The notes under the pieces were generated by a model, which made no database searches, was not told where the DNA came from, and worked only from the letters and a program-made list of their open reading frames with translations. From sequence record NZ_CP103154.1: a stretch of 64,000 nt of DNA, one strand, 5' to 3'. This stretch comes from a plasmid. This document shows, piece by piece, positions 1 to 9,441 of this stretch (positions are counted from its first letter, which is position 1; every line of letters starts with the position of its first letter). A program made the translations under genes and the position numbers.

Positions 1-271
1 CTCCTATGCCGTGATTGTAATTCTCGCGCACGCAATCACGCAGAATCCAAAGGTTATGCAGGTTCACCCAGTCGGCTGTAATGTTTCTGATTTTACTGAA
101 CAGCAGCGCAGCAGTGTAAAGGTAGTGTCCGCAATGGTTGTAGTCATGCAACACCAGCTTGCCCTGGTAATAGATGTCGAAATCCTTGTTTTCTTCATCT
201 TCCTTTGTATCGCAGTAGAAGAATGGAATGTCTTTCAGACCGTCCCAATTAATATAAGTAGTTGGCTTCAT
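1..271 (-). CDS. hypothetical protein, 3' part cut by the window edge (start ATG at 269-271 on minus strand, ~90 aa visible: MKPTTYINWDGLKDIPFFYCD...)
   Basis: Open minus-strand frame from ATG to window edge, own translation; not in ORF table because it has no stop inside the window. Confidence 0.35.
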   Translation of the reverse strand, partial: MKPTTYINWDGLKDIPFFYCDTKEDEENKDFDIYYQGKLVLHDYNHCGHYLYTAALLFSKIRNITADWVNLHNLWILRDCVRENYNHGIG

Positions 272-320
272 AATATCTTTTTTGAATACGCTACATAACC
301 TGTTATTTGCACACTTTCCA

Positions 321-647
321 TTATTCACAGAACATTTGATGAAACACTTCCTTCAGTCTTTTTATCTCACTGAAATTCAAATCTCCAATCTTTCTTTTCA
401 GCCGGCTTTTGTCCACCGTGCGAATCTGATCCGTGGCTATCTCCCCATCACGCCCGGCTACAGAACACAGAACCCGGTAAGGATAGTTCCTTATGGTGGA
501 GGTTATCGGAGCAATGACTACTATTGTAAGGTACATATTCAAATCTGAAGGAGTTACAACAACACATGGCCGTGTCTTTGCCATTTCACCCCCACGGGTA
601 GGGTCTAACTCTACCCAATACACTCCATACTGTTCTACCATGTCCAA
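321..647 (-). CDS. mazF: type II toxin, MazF/PemK family mRNA interferase
   Basis: 108 aa; YGVYWVELDPTRGGEMAKTRPCVVVTP matches the PemK/MazF signature (GDIVWVDFDP..G.E..K.RPALVLS); 13-bp overlap with upstream antitoxin. Confidence 0.85.
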   Translation of the reverse strand: MDMVEQYGVYWVELDPTRGGEMAKTRPCVVVTPSDLNMYLTIVVIAPITSTIRNYPYRVLCSVAGRDGEIATDQIRTVDKSRLKRKIGDLNFSEIKRLKEVFHQMFCE

Positions 648-883
648 TCCTCAAACTTTTCATCCTCAAACACATCAGGGATAAGCAACTCATCATCCCC
701 ATTCTCATGGGCACGTTTGGCAGCTTCCGCCCATCCCTGCCGTGGTTGTGCCTTTATCACAATATTGTTCCCGTCCAAAGAAATGCTCACAGCCGATTTC
801 AAGGACAAACGCAACTGTTTCAATATCTCGGAAGGAAGTATTATCCCCTTGCTGTTTCCAATCTGAATAATGTTTGTTACCAT
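635..883 (-). CDS. mazE: type II antitoxin, MazE/AbrB (SpoVT-AbrB) family
   Basis: 82 aa; N-terminal IQIGNSKGIILPSEIL swapped-hairpin AbrB motif; overlaps mazF start. Confidence 0.8.
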   Translation of the reverse strand: MVTNIIQIGNSKGIILPSEILKQLRLSLKSAVSISLDGNNIVIKAQPRQGWAEAAKRAHENGDDELLIPDVFEDEKFEDWTW

Positions 884-1317
884 AATGTTATAACTTTAAA
901 ATTGATTATCACAACACAAATATAGACAAAGTTATAACAATACCAAAAGAAAAGCCAACTTTTTTCCATTTTCACCGATAACCCGGCCAACGGCTGCACT
1001 CGTCGGGAGGCTAGTGCCCCCCCTTGCCGTGCGGCGCTCCCCGACCTATGATTCTTATCATGTCTTGTGTCCTTTTCTCCGCTTCTAACAAACAAATCTG
1101 CATAAAATATAGATTTGCGTTTCCATTTGAATTTTAGTTATTTGATACCCTAACTATGAATAGCAAACAGATAACTGATTTTTAAAACAGCAGAATGTTT
1201 CTGTTTTATTAAAATAAAAAGGGAACAAATTTTTAAGGTAATACTTACGGAAAAAACAGACTTTATAACGTTTCTTTTTCGTACATTTGCAACAATATAA
1301 TAAAAGCGAAACATATA

Positions 1318-2170
1318 ATGGAGAAGCAAGGAGAAATCATACTATACCAACCGGATGAAGCTGTAAGGTTGGAAGTACGTTTAGAAGATGAAACCGTTTG
1401 GCTCACACAAGCGCAGATAGCAGAACTTTTTCAACGTGACAGAACCGTTATTACCAAACATATAAATAATGTTTTTAAGGAAAAGGAATTGGAAGAGAAA
1501 AGCAATGTGCATTTTTTGCACATTGCTAATTCCGATAAGCCTGTCAAGTTCTTTAGTCTAGACGTAATAATTTCAGTTGGATACAGAGTTAAAAGCGTAA
1601 GAGGTACGCAATTCAGGCAATGGGCAAATAAAATTTTAAAAGAATATTTATTGAAAGGTTATTCTATAAACCAACGGCTCAATGACATGGAATATAGAAT
1701 GAACAATAGATTCTTCCAAATAGAGAAAACCATTGCTGAACATGATGCAAAGATAGACTTCTTTGTACGCACCTCATTGCCTCCGGTGGAAGGTATATTC
1801 TTTGACGGTCAGATATTCGATGCGTATAAGTTTGCTACAGATTTAATAAAGTCTGCCAAATGCTCACTTGTGCTTATCGACAACTATGTAGATGAATCCG
1901 TGTTACTCATGTTGAGCAAACGAAACAGTGGAGTATCAGCTACTATTTATACACAAAATAAACGCACAGCTCCAACTTGATTTAAACAAACACAATGACC
2001 AATATCCTCCCATTGAAGCTAGAACCTACAAAAGTAGTCATGACCGCTTCTTAATCATTGATAATACGGAAGTATATCATATTGGGGCATCGCTAAAGGA
2101 TTTGGGCAAGAAAATGTTTGCTTTCTCCAAACTGGAACTTCCTGCCCATACGATAATTGATGTATTATGA
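1318..2170 (+). pseudogene. RhuM-family (virulence RhuM-like DNA-binding) gene, frameshifted near 1960 in an A-run; paralog of intact copy at 16310-17146
   Basis: ORFs 1318-1980 and 1928-2170 together align end to end with the intact 278-aa protein (identical first ~35 aa, shared C-terminus HIGASLKDLGKKMFAFSKL); one-base indel in caaaataaacg. Confidence 0.8.
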
Positions 2171-2186
2171 AATAAGCTAATCACCC

Positions 2187-2516
2187 ATGCGAGAAGCGGA
2201 AGAGAATATAAAATTCAAGATGGAAATTGACGTATTGGTTCCCATTCCACGTACTGTCACCCGTGATTTCACCAGTTTGAAGCACCTGCGTCAATGGCAG
2301 AAACGGAATGACATCGATGGTTCTCTTTACTGTTTTGCACACCGGGAATACCTGCTCAACGAAAAGGGAGAATGGGAACAATTTACCGTTATCGGCAAAC
2401 AGGTAGTGACTATCGGAGAACTGGAAAGGCTTCTTTTGGCAATGAAGCAAAAGGGGTTCAACCAATACAGCCGTGAGGAATATGAAGAATTAATGTCTTC
2501 ATATTTGAAAAAGTGA
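2187..2516 (+). CDS. hypothetical protein (109 aa)
   Basis: ORF only; no recognisable motif. Confidence 0.35.
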   Translation: MREAEENIKFKMEIDVLVPIPRTVTRDFTSLKHLRQWQKRNDIDGSLYCFAHREYLLNEKGEWEQFTVIGKQVVTIGELERLLLAMKQKGFNQYSREEYEELMSSYLKK

Positions 2517-2557
2517 AGAATTAAAACCTTCATTACACATTTAAATACGAAAACAGG

Positions 2558-3154
2558 ATGAAAATAGGATATGCCCGTGTTTCCACCAAGGAACAACATC
2601 TGGATATGCAACTGGAAGCGTTGAAGGCTGCCGGATGCGAGAAAATCTTCTCTGAGAAAATGACCGGACGTCAACAAAACCGCCCGGAACTGGATGCCTG
2701 CCTGAGCTTTCTCCGGGAAGGCGACACACTTGTCGTATATAAGCTGGACCGGCTTGGCCGTTCGCTGAAGAATATCCTTACGCTATTGGAAGATTTCAAG
2801 AATAGGGGCATCCAATTCACCTCACTGCAAGACAACATCAGTACGGAAGGCGCAATCGGCCAACTGATGAACAACATTCTCGGTGCTTTCGCTCAGTTTG
2901 AAAGAGACCTTATCTATGAGAGAACCCAAGAAGGCAGAAGAATCGCCAAGGAAAAAGGTGTCAAATTCGGCAGAAAGACACTTATCAACAAAAACAACAT
3001 CGCCAAGCAGAAAAGCTGCATCCAACTCTATGAATCCGGAACGCCGGTAAGGGAGATACAGAAAATATTAAACATAGGCAGTAGCGGAACAGTATATCGC
3101 CTATTAAGAAGGAATGGAATTGCGCTGAAATCCGAGAACAAAAATAACAAATAA
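2558..3154 (+). CDS. small serine recombinase, Hin/Gin/Pin-type DNA invertase/resolvase
   Basis: 198 aa; MKIGYARVSTKEQHLDMQ N-terminus with catalytic Ser, YKLDRLGRS motif, C-terminal HTH (GTPVREIQKILNIGSSGTVYRLLRRNG). Confidence 0.85.
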   Translation: MKIGYARVSTKEQHLDMQLEALKAAGCEKIFSEKMTGRQQNRPELDACLSFLREGDTLVVYKLDRLGRSLKNILTLLEDFKNRGIQFTSLQDNISTEGAIGQLMNNILGAFAQFERDLIYERTQEGRRIAKEKGVKFGRKTLINKNNIAKQKSCIQLYESGTPVREIQKILNIGSSGTVYRLLRRNGIALKSENKNNK

Positions 3155-3234
3155 CGAATAAACCTCTGCCCATCCTTCAAAGATGATTCTCAAAGATCGT
3201 CTGCAATTCCACCTCTCAGCAAGATTATAGGAAA

Positions 3235-3262
3235 GTCCCCTTCACGGGGACTGATTTTTTTT
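3235..3262. terminator. bidirectional rho-independent terminator between convergent genes
   Basis: gtcccc ttcac ggggac hairpin followed by T9 (3254-3262); flanked by A-rich sequence on the other side. Confidence 0.6.
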
Positions 3263-3266
3263 AATT

Positions 3267-3665
3267 TTAATACAATAACTCCATGCACTCCTGTACCGCT
3301 TTTTCCAATGCTTCTTCCAAACAACAAAAAGCGTCCGCATTACTTTCGGAGTCATACAACACATAATCTCCAGCCCTCACAACCACATGCCAGACCGCCA
3401 CGTTTTGTTCTGTTTGAAACGTATATTCACGAGTCTGTATCATCCATTGGATACATGCTGCCAGTGTCGGGCACTCGCACATATACATCGGGGTATTCCT
3501 TCCCTCAATATCGGTGCGTAGCCTATCCTGTTTGTCATACCAATACTCACAAGGCACGTAATAGTATAATTCCTTCATCATAAGAGCTGTGTCGCTATTA
3601 ACCAATCTCTCTTTGTTGATTTGTGTAATCAAATTTTCCATATTAGCATTATTTAAGTTGAACAT
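3267..3665 (-). CDS. hypothetical protein (132 aa, Cys-rich)
   Basis: ORF with conserved non-coding element immediately upstream (3676-3783). Confidence 0.5.
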   Translation of the reverse strand: MFNLNNANMENLITQINKERLVNSDTALMMKELYYYVPCEYWYDKQDRLRTDIEGRNTPMYMCECPTLAACIQWMIQTREYTFQTEQNVAVWHVVVRAGDYVLYDSESNADAFCCLEEALEKAVQECMELLY

Positions 3666-3675
3666 CTGATTTATT

Positions 3676-3783
3676 CTTCAGCTAGATTCAAGACCTTTTC
3701 ATTTTTTGTATCGGGAAGGTCTTTGGTCAGCCGACCTTTTTTTGATGTCATTCCCCATCTGAGTTCTGAGCCTTTTTTCGGCA
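3676..3783. repeat. conserved ~110-bp non-coding element, copy A (second copy 32141-32261, ~75% identity), containing two hairpin+T-run structures on the + strand
   Basis: cttcagctagatt(c/t)aagacctttt...ccccatctgagtt...gccttttttt shared by both copies; gacctt..aaggtc and ggtcagccgacc+T7 hairpins. Confidence 0.6.
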
Positions 3784-4012
3784 TATCAAGGTCTGGATTG
3801 CAAGCAATAAGCCAAGTTTCACTTATGGAAAATGTCGGGAAGACACTTCTTCATCGTTATTTTCCATACAGTAAAGGCGCATGGCCGTAACTTGCCATTT
3901 GCGGAATCCCGAAACCTTTGCCGAGCAAAAAGCCGGACTCGGATCGGAGGAAAGAAGCCGGGGGAGGCAGCCCACAGAAAGGGCAATCCGATACAATCAA
4001 GAAATTAACCTG

Positions 4013-4432
4013 CTATACCCTTGTGCGAGTGAAATAATCCATCATAGACACTACATACCTAAGTAGTGGTATCAATACACCGATCACATATATCATAGCG
4101 TAGCCCAAAAGGACAAAAGGTAATGTTTTACGATAAAGACATGCAACAGCGAGCAATATAAACGAAAAAGAAAAGCCATAAACCCCATATTGAAAACCGG
4201 GTATCAACTCATAAACAGGTACGGGTTCCGGATGAAGCATGGCTCCGGCCACAATAGAATAAAGGCTGGTCAATAATATAAGCAGCGTATATAAGCAACT
4301 CTTAAGAATCCTGGGATCATTCCTTTTACAATAGAGAATCGTTCGGATATCACTTCTAAGAAACTCAATGCCCAGTAAGAGAGCCACCATAACGCCTGTA
4401 TCAAAAGTAGAAAATACATTCATTCCGATCAC
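4013..4432 (-). CDS. hypothetical integral membrane protein (139 aa, ~4 TM)
   Basis: Hydrophobic segments throughout. Confidence 0.5.
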   Translation of the reverse strand: MIGMNVFSTFDTGVMVALLLGIEFLRSDIRTILYCKRNDPRILKSCLYTLLILLTSLYSIVAGAMLHPEPVPVYELIPGFQYGVYGFSFSFILLAVACLYRKTLPFVLLGYAMIYVIGVLIPLLRYVVSMMDYFTRTRV

Positions 4433-4522
4433 CTTTGGCGCGAAGATATGTATTTATTCTGAAAAGCCACGTCTTTGCGTATTTTACGATGTCGCATCCG
4501 ATAGTCCGGGAAGCATTTTTTT

Positions 4523-4556
4523 GGTTCTTTTTTGGGGTGACTGCCAAAAAAGAACC
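4523..4556. terminator. palindromic hairpin ggttcttttttgg...ccaaaaaagaacc (terminator-like; related copy at 30662-30684)
   Basis: Perfect 13-bp inverted repeat with U-rich arms on both strands. Confidence 0.4.
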
Positions 4557-4599
4557 CCGAAGCCGAAATCCCGGGCAGACGGGATTTCTCCCGTCCACC

Positions 4600-5295
4600 T
4601 TACCTATTTTGCAATCTTCCCTCGTCCGCATAGCTATAATAGTTATTGCCTGCCACAATCACATGGTCAACCAAACGGATGTCTAATGTTTCAGCGGCTT
4701 TTTTAACTGCTTCCGTCAAGCGGTCATCCGCACTGCTGGGCTTGCGTGCTCCTGATGGGTGGTTATGTACCATGATAAAAGATACGGCGTTATAATACAA
4801 TGCCTGCTTCATGATAACCCGTATATCCACAGGGGCGGTATTTATCCCGCCGCATGAGATACGGACTTTACGGATGAGTTTGGACGAACTGTTCAGCAAC
4901 AGCACCCACATCTCTTCAGTAGCTATATCGCACAAAACAGGATGCATCATTTTATAAACATTATTGCTGGATAAAAGCGCAGGACTTTCAACTTGCCCTT
5001 CTTTCAGCCGTTTATATAGCTCAATCGCCGCATAAGCGACTTTTTTACGGCTGGGTGTTAGTGTTTCCAGTACATCAGACAAGCACAATCCTTCTATTTC
5101 CATCTGTTCATACTTATATTCTTCACGTTTCAGTTTCTCACTGTTCGTCAAGGTATAAATCAACTCGCTGTTTTCCATCACCCGATAAACGTCATTCACT
5201 TCAAATACGGTTCTCTTCGTTTTCATACTGCCAAAAATTAAAAGATTAATACTCGCAAACATCGCTTGTCGCCCCAACCATAAATTTTTCCTCAA
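4600..5295 (-). CDS. radC: RadC-like JAB/MPN domain protein (start possibly at internal Met, 5226)
   Basis: JAMM motif VHNHPSG and downstream S..D, typical RadC C-terminal domain. Confidence 0.8.
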   Translation of the reverse strand: MRKNLWLGRQAMFASINLLIFGSMKTKRTVFEVNDVYRVMENSELIYTLTNSEKLKREEYKYEQMEIEGLCLSDVLETLTPSRKKVAYAAIELYKRLKEGQVESPALLSSNNVYKMMHPVLCDIATEEMWVLLLNSSSKLIRKVRISCGGINTAPVDIRVIMKQALYYNAVSFIMVHNHPSGARKPSSADDRLTEAVKKAAETLDIRLVDHVIVAGNNYYSYADEGRLQNR

Positions 5296-5786
5296 CTGAT
5301 TGGGAACAGTGCATTGAAGAGAAAGCGGGAAAGACGGATCAGAACGGGATTGAACTGGTAAATACTACCTCCCGGAATGGGAGGATGGAGATTTGGCTTT
5401 TCAATATCGGGCGTTCCGGCCACGCCTACCTTCGCAATGTTCCTATCAGTTCAGGAAAAAATCATCATACCTCTCTTCCGGCATAGCCGGAGCGTAGAGC
5501 GTTAGGGATAGCAGGGAAAAGCCTGGAGGGTAACGAGGACTTGCAACGAATAGCCCGGTCAGAAGGGAACGCCCTGAAAAACTAATTCGGATACAGAAGA
5601 TGAACAGAACCGCCTTCCAATCATATAAAAAAGCGTGAAAATCAACACATACTTCCGAAAAATCTTTTCCCGAAAGTACGTATAGGGCATGTGAAGGGAA
5701 AATTTATTTTCCCAGTCATTTCTATGTTATCGCTTTGGGGATATTTAAAGGGGTTAGGAGTTTAGGTCTTTATTATGTATTTTGGT

Positions 5787-6120
5787 GGATGGTTTTACAC
5801 AGCCGATACCTTTTATTTAAAAATTTCTCTCTTTTATTTCACTGATATACCGACATATAAAAAAAACAGGGATTACCTATTCCCTTCATTAACGGGTGGA
5901 CGGTTTTACACAGCTGACAAGTGAAACCGGACGCTTTTACACAACTAAAGCAAAAGGAGTGGACGGTTCTACACAACTAGAAGCAACAAACGGGACACTT
6001 CTACACAACTAAAACAGGCAAAGCGGATGACTCCACACATCTAATCACCCCAATAGGGACACTTCTACACAACTAATTCTATAAAAAACCGTGAAACGTG
6101 GACGGTTCTACACAGCTGGA
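5787..6120. repeat. iteron array: 8 copies of ~22-bp GGAC(G/A)(G/C)TT(T/C)TACACA(A/G)CT(A/G), 7 of them phased at 31-33 bp (starts 5896, 5927, 5959, 5991, 6022, 6055, 6097) plus an outlier at 5787
   Basis: Read directly in the sequence; last copy overlaps the stop of the 402-aa ORF. Confidence 0.8.
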
Positions 6121-7316
6121 TCGTCCATGTTCACCGCCCCGTCCGTCTCCGGAGATATGAACTCTTCAGGAGCAGGAGCAACTTCCGTTCCATTGGCACT
6201 CTCCAACTCTTCCTGTGCCCATCCTTCCGGAAACCTGCCGAATACAGCCACGAAATCACTGATATATATCTGTTTCTTCTTTTCTACGCTTTCCGGGGAG
6301 TTTGCCCATAAAAGGAACTCTTTATACAGTCCGGCATCTTCCTCCACCTCTTTGATCTTCTTCCTCCTGACAGCCATATCCGTGTCCGGGTAGGCAATCT
6401 CGACATACAGCCCAAGCAGGTTCTTATAGAATTTCTTCACCACGACAGCATATTGTCCTTCATCAAAATAGTGCAGCGTATGCCTAGGAAACGAGAACAA
6501 CACGGTATATGCCCATCTCTCATGATCGCCTTTCACAAAAGAGAAATTGAAATTGGTATATTTCAGGTAAGTATTCATCTTTTTCAGTATCGAGGCGACC
6601 TTCTTTTTCCGGTCTTTGGGTTCGGCAATCTCTATGCCGAGCTTTTTAGCCAGCTGATCGACTGTCAGCACATAAAAAGGAGCCTCATTCTTGGTGGTCT
6701 TATACTTGATCAGGTAAACCATCTTGGAAAGTTCCAGATAGAAATAGCGGTAACGGCTGGGCAGGCTACGGTAATCCTGAAGTTCCAAGAGGTTATAGAG
6801 CGAGAACATGAAATTCTTTATCTCCGGGCTTACCACTGCCGAGTACAGCCTTTTCGTTGACTTCTTCGTCTTGAAATCGGTCATTATGTCGAAACGTTTC
6901 AAGATCTGCACGAAATTATAGGATGTACGGCCATCCTCGCCAATGGTCGGATAGCAGAGGTTCTCCAATCCCAGTTTATAGAGAGCCGCCTCAAAAACCG
7001 TCTCGATAGGATGGCTGATTCTCTGTCCTGCCGTGTCGGTACATACATATTCCGGCTGCATATTCTTTCCGAACATGGCCGCGAGCTGCCGGCTATCCAG
7101 CTTGCGCTGCAAGTTGGTACGGTCATACCCCATCTTACGGCAGAAGTCTTCTACGGAGAACCAGGAAGTCCCGAACAAGTCTTTGAGGTGATAGCTGCCC
7201 AGGTATATGATCAGATCGAGCATGACATTTCCACCTGCCTCATACAACCGTTCAATCAGCACGGAATTATAGCTTTCCCCAAGCACCCTAGGGACACGAA
7301 TCAGTTCTTTTGCCAT
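6108..7316 (-). CDS. hypothetical 402-aa protein, putative iteron-binding replication-initiator/DNA-binding protein (acidic C-terminus)
   Basis: Long ORF, K/R-rich middle, acidic tail; only evidence for Rep function is the adjacent iteron array. Confidence 0.5.
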   Translation of the reverse strand: MAKELIRVPRVLGESYNSVLIERLYEAGGNVMLDLIIYLGSYHLKDLFGTSWFSVEDFCRKMGYDRTNLQRKLDSRQLAAMFGKNMQPEYVCTDTAGQRISHPIETVFEAALYKLGLENLCYPTIGEDGRTSYNFVQILKRFDIMTDFKTKKSTKRLYSAVVSPEIKNFMFSLYNLLELQDYRSLPSRYRYFYLELSKMVYLIKYKTTKNEAPFYVLTVDQLAKKLGIEIAEPKDRKKKVASILKKMNTYLKYTNFNFSFVKGDHERWAYTVLFSFPRHTLHYFDEGQYAVVVKKFYKNLLGLYVEIAYPDTDMAVRRKKIKEVEEDAGLYKEFLLWANSPESVEKKKQIYISDFVAVFGRFPEGWAQEELESANGTEVAPAPEEFISPETDGAVNMDDPAV

Positions 7317-7334
7317 GATAATACTTACAAAATC

Positions 7335-7440
7335 AATCCTTTCTCTGTTTTCATTGCCACAAAGATAGGCATACCGGCCAACATACGCGTCATAATTATC
7401 AATCAGTTTTAACGGTATGACCGGTATGGGAAAAGGAGAA
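7335..7440. repeat. 105-bp direct repeat, left copy (right copy 23868-23975, ~90% identity)
   Basis: caatcct(t/c)tctctgttttcattgccacaaagatag(g/a)cataccggccaacatacgc(g/a)tcata..tatcaatcagtt(t/c)taacggtatgaccgg(t/c)atgggaaaagga in both. Confidence 0.8.
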
Positions 7441-7692
7441 GTACTTTCCTGAAGAATGCTTTATCCGCCCTTCATCAGAAAGAAAGCATCTTACACCTGT
7501 ACCCCATAGACATCCTATATTACTTTTTCAGTTCTTCCGATAAAAAGGAACGGTCTATCAATACTTGCACCAATGGTTTCTCTTTGACAAACTCATCAAG
7601 CTCACGCTTTATCAATTTATTGCCCAACCCTATGCGTCGTCCAAATTCCTCGAAATCCTTCCGCCCTACCTGATGAGCAATTTGACTCCACA

Positions 7693-8934
7693 TTGTCATC
7701 TGTAATCGACTCAACCCTCGGTCTAAGGTGTAGATCGTTAGGTTATCAGTACAGCGAAATCATCCGTTCTCTCATGAGTATCTACTTCTGTGGTGGCTCA
7801 TGTATTGAGGATGTCACTACTCATTTGATGAACCATCTCTCGCTTCATCCGACACTTCATACTTGTAGTTCTGATACTATCCTCAGAGCGATAAAGGAAC
7901 TGACGCAAGAAAACATCTCATACACATCAGATACGGGTAAGAACTACGATTTCAACACGGCTGACACTCTCAATACTTTACTGCTCAATTGTATGTTTGC
8001 ATCTGACCAACTGAAAGAGGGTGAGAAGTATGATGCAAAGCCTACATACAAGAAGTTCTCTGGTTATCGCCCTGGCGTGGCGGTTATTGGTGACTTGATT
8101 GTTGGCATTGAGAATAGCGATGGTAACACAAAAGTTCCATTTCATGGCACGTTTTCTCGCCATGGCAGAGCTTAAGTAAACTTAGCTCTGCTCATCTGGC
8201 TTAACGAAAACCTTCGTTTTCATCAGAAGGACACGCTGAAGAGGTTCTTTGAGAGATTTGAACAGAACAGGCTCACTATCAATCGTTTCAGAGCTGATTG
8301 CGGATCATGTTCCGAGGAAATCGTGGAGGAAATAGAGAAACACTGCAAGTCCTTCTATATCCGCACTAACCGCTGCAGTTCGCTCTACAATGACATATTT
8401 GCTCTCAGAGGCTGGAAGACTGAGGAAATCAATGGCATTGAGTTTGAATTGAACTCTATCCTTGTTGAGAAGTGGAAGGGTAAAGCATACCGACTTGTGA
8501 TTCAAAGACAGAAACGGATGGATGGTGTGCAGGATCTTTGGGAAGGAGAATACACATACCGTTGTATCCTGACTAACGACTATGAATCTTCCGTAAGAGA
8601 AATTGTCGAGTTCTATAACCTTCGTGGAGGAAAGGAACGTATCTTTGATGATATGAACAATGGTTTCGGGTGGGACAGATTGCCCAAATCCTTCATGGCC
8701 GAGAACACTGTGTTCCTTCTTCTTACAGCACTTATCCGTAACTTCTACAAGGCCATTATCCAAAGACTTGACGTAAAGAGGTTCGGACTCAATGCAACAA
8801 GTCGCATAAAAGCGTTTGTCTTCAGGTTTATCTCTGTACCAGCCAAGTGGATCAGGACATCAAGGCGGTATGTGCTGAATATCTATACCTGTAACAATGC
8901 TTACGCAGATATTTTTCAGACTGATTTTGGATAA
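7693..8934 (+). pseudogene. IS1380-like DDE transposase with in-frame TAA stop at 8173-8175 (two ORFs in the same frame); TTG start, N-terminus probably also truncated
   Basis: ORFs 7693-8175 and 8176/8323-8934 share one frame separated only by TAA; C-terminal YNLRGGKERIFDDMNNGFGWDRLP transposase-like block. Confidence 0.65.
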
Positions 8935-9003
8935 CGCCTACAACTTATGGGTATGATACTGCGTATTGTCTCAAGTCGCATTGTGGGGTAAGGGGATGTT
9001 GTA

Positions 9004-9025
9004 GGCAGAAGTGGGTGTTTCTGCC
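9004..9025. promoter_or_regulatory. inverted repeat ggcagaa-N8-ttctgcc immediately upstream of mobC; candidate oriT/nic hairpin
   Basis: Perfect 7-bp IR ~25 bp before the mobC ORF. Confidence 0.3.
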
Positions 9026-9048
9026 TCAATTTATCTGATAATTCAGTA

Positions 9049-9441
9049 ATGAGAGGACGTGTACACGCAAGAAGGACGTTGAAGGGCTTAGTTGCGGATT
9101 TGAGGCAGGTAAGAAAATACAAAGAATTAACAGCAACCGAGAAACTGAAATACCGTATCGCAGTGAAAATGACGGCAGCCGACTACTTCCGCCTGCTGAC
9201 ACGATCGCATGAGGCGGGCGTATCACCAAGCGAGTACATGAGGGAATGTTTCCGTAACGGTCATGTGAAAGAACGGCTGTCGGAGGAACATGCCGGATAC
9301 ATCCGCCAACTCTGCGGCATGGCTAACAATCTCAACCAGCTTGCGCGTAAGGCAAACGCCGGAGGCTTCCACGATGAACGGTGGGACTGCAAGGTGGCAG
9401 TGGCAAGGATTCATGAACTTATAACCAAGATAGGGATATGA
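9049..9441 (+). CDS. mobC: MobC-family mobilization (relaxosome accessory) protein
   Basis: LCGMANNLNQLARKANAGG matches the MobC GxxNLNQxAxxxN signature; overlaps relaxase start by 4 bp. Confidence 0.75.
   Translation: MRGRVHARRTLKGLVADLRQVRKYKELTATEKLKYRIAVKMTAADYFRLLTRSHEAGVSPSEYMRECFRNGHVKERLSEEHAGYIRQLCGMANNLNQLARKANAGGFHDERWDCKVAVARIHELITKIGI

Noticed and set aside
877-1095. 72-aa minus-strand ORF upstream of mazE
   Set aside because: Low-complexity translation of the GC-rich intergenic island; no start context. Likely spurious.
2558-3154. Serine invertase as the recombinase for the upxY promoter switch
   Set aside because: It lies 31 kb away inside a mobile-element remnant; the adjacent tyrosine recombinase (32669-33889) is the more parsimonious candidate.
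7520-7714. 64-aa minus-strand ORF overlapping the transposase start
   Set aside because: Antisense to the IS transposase frame with no motif. Treated as a chance ORF.
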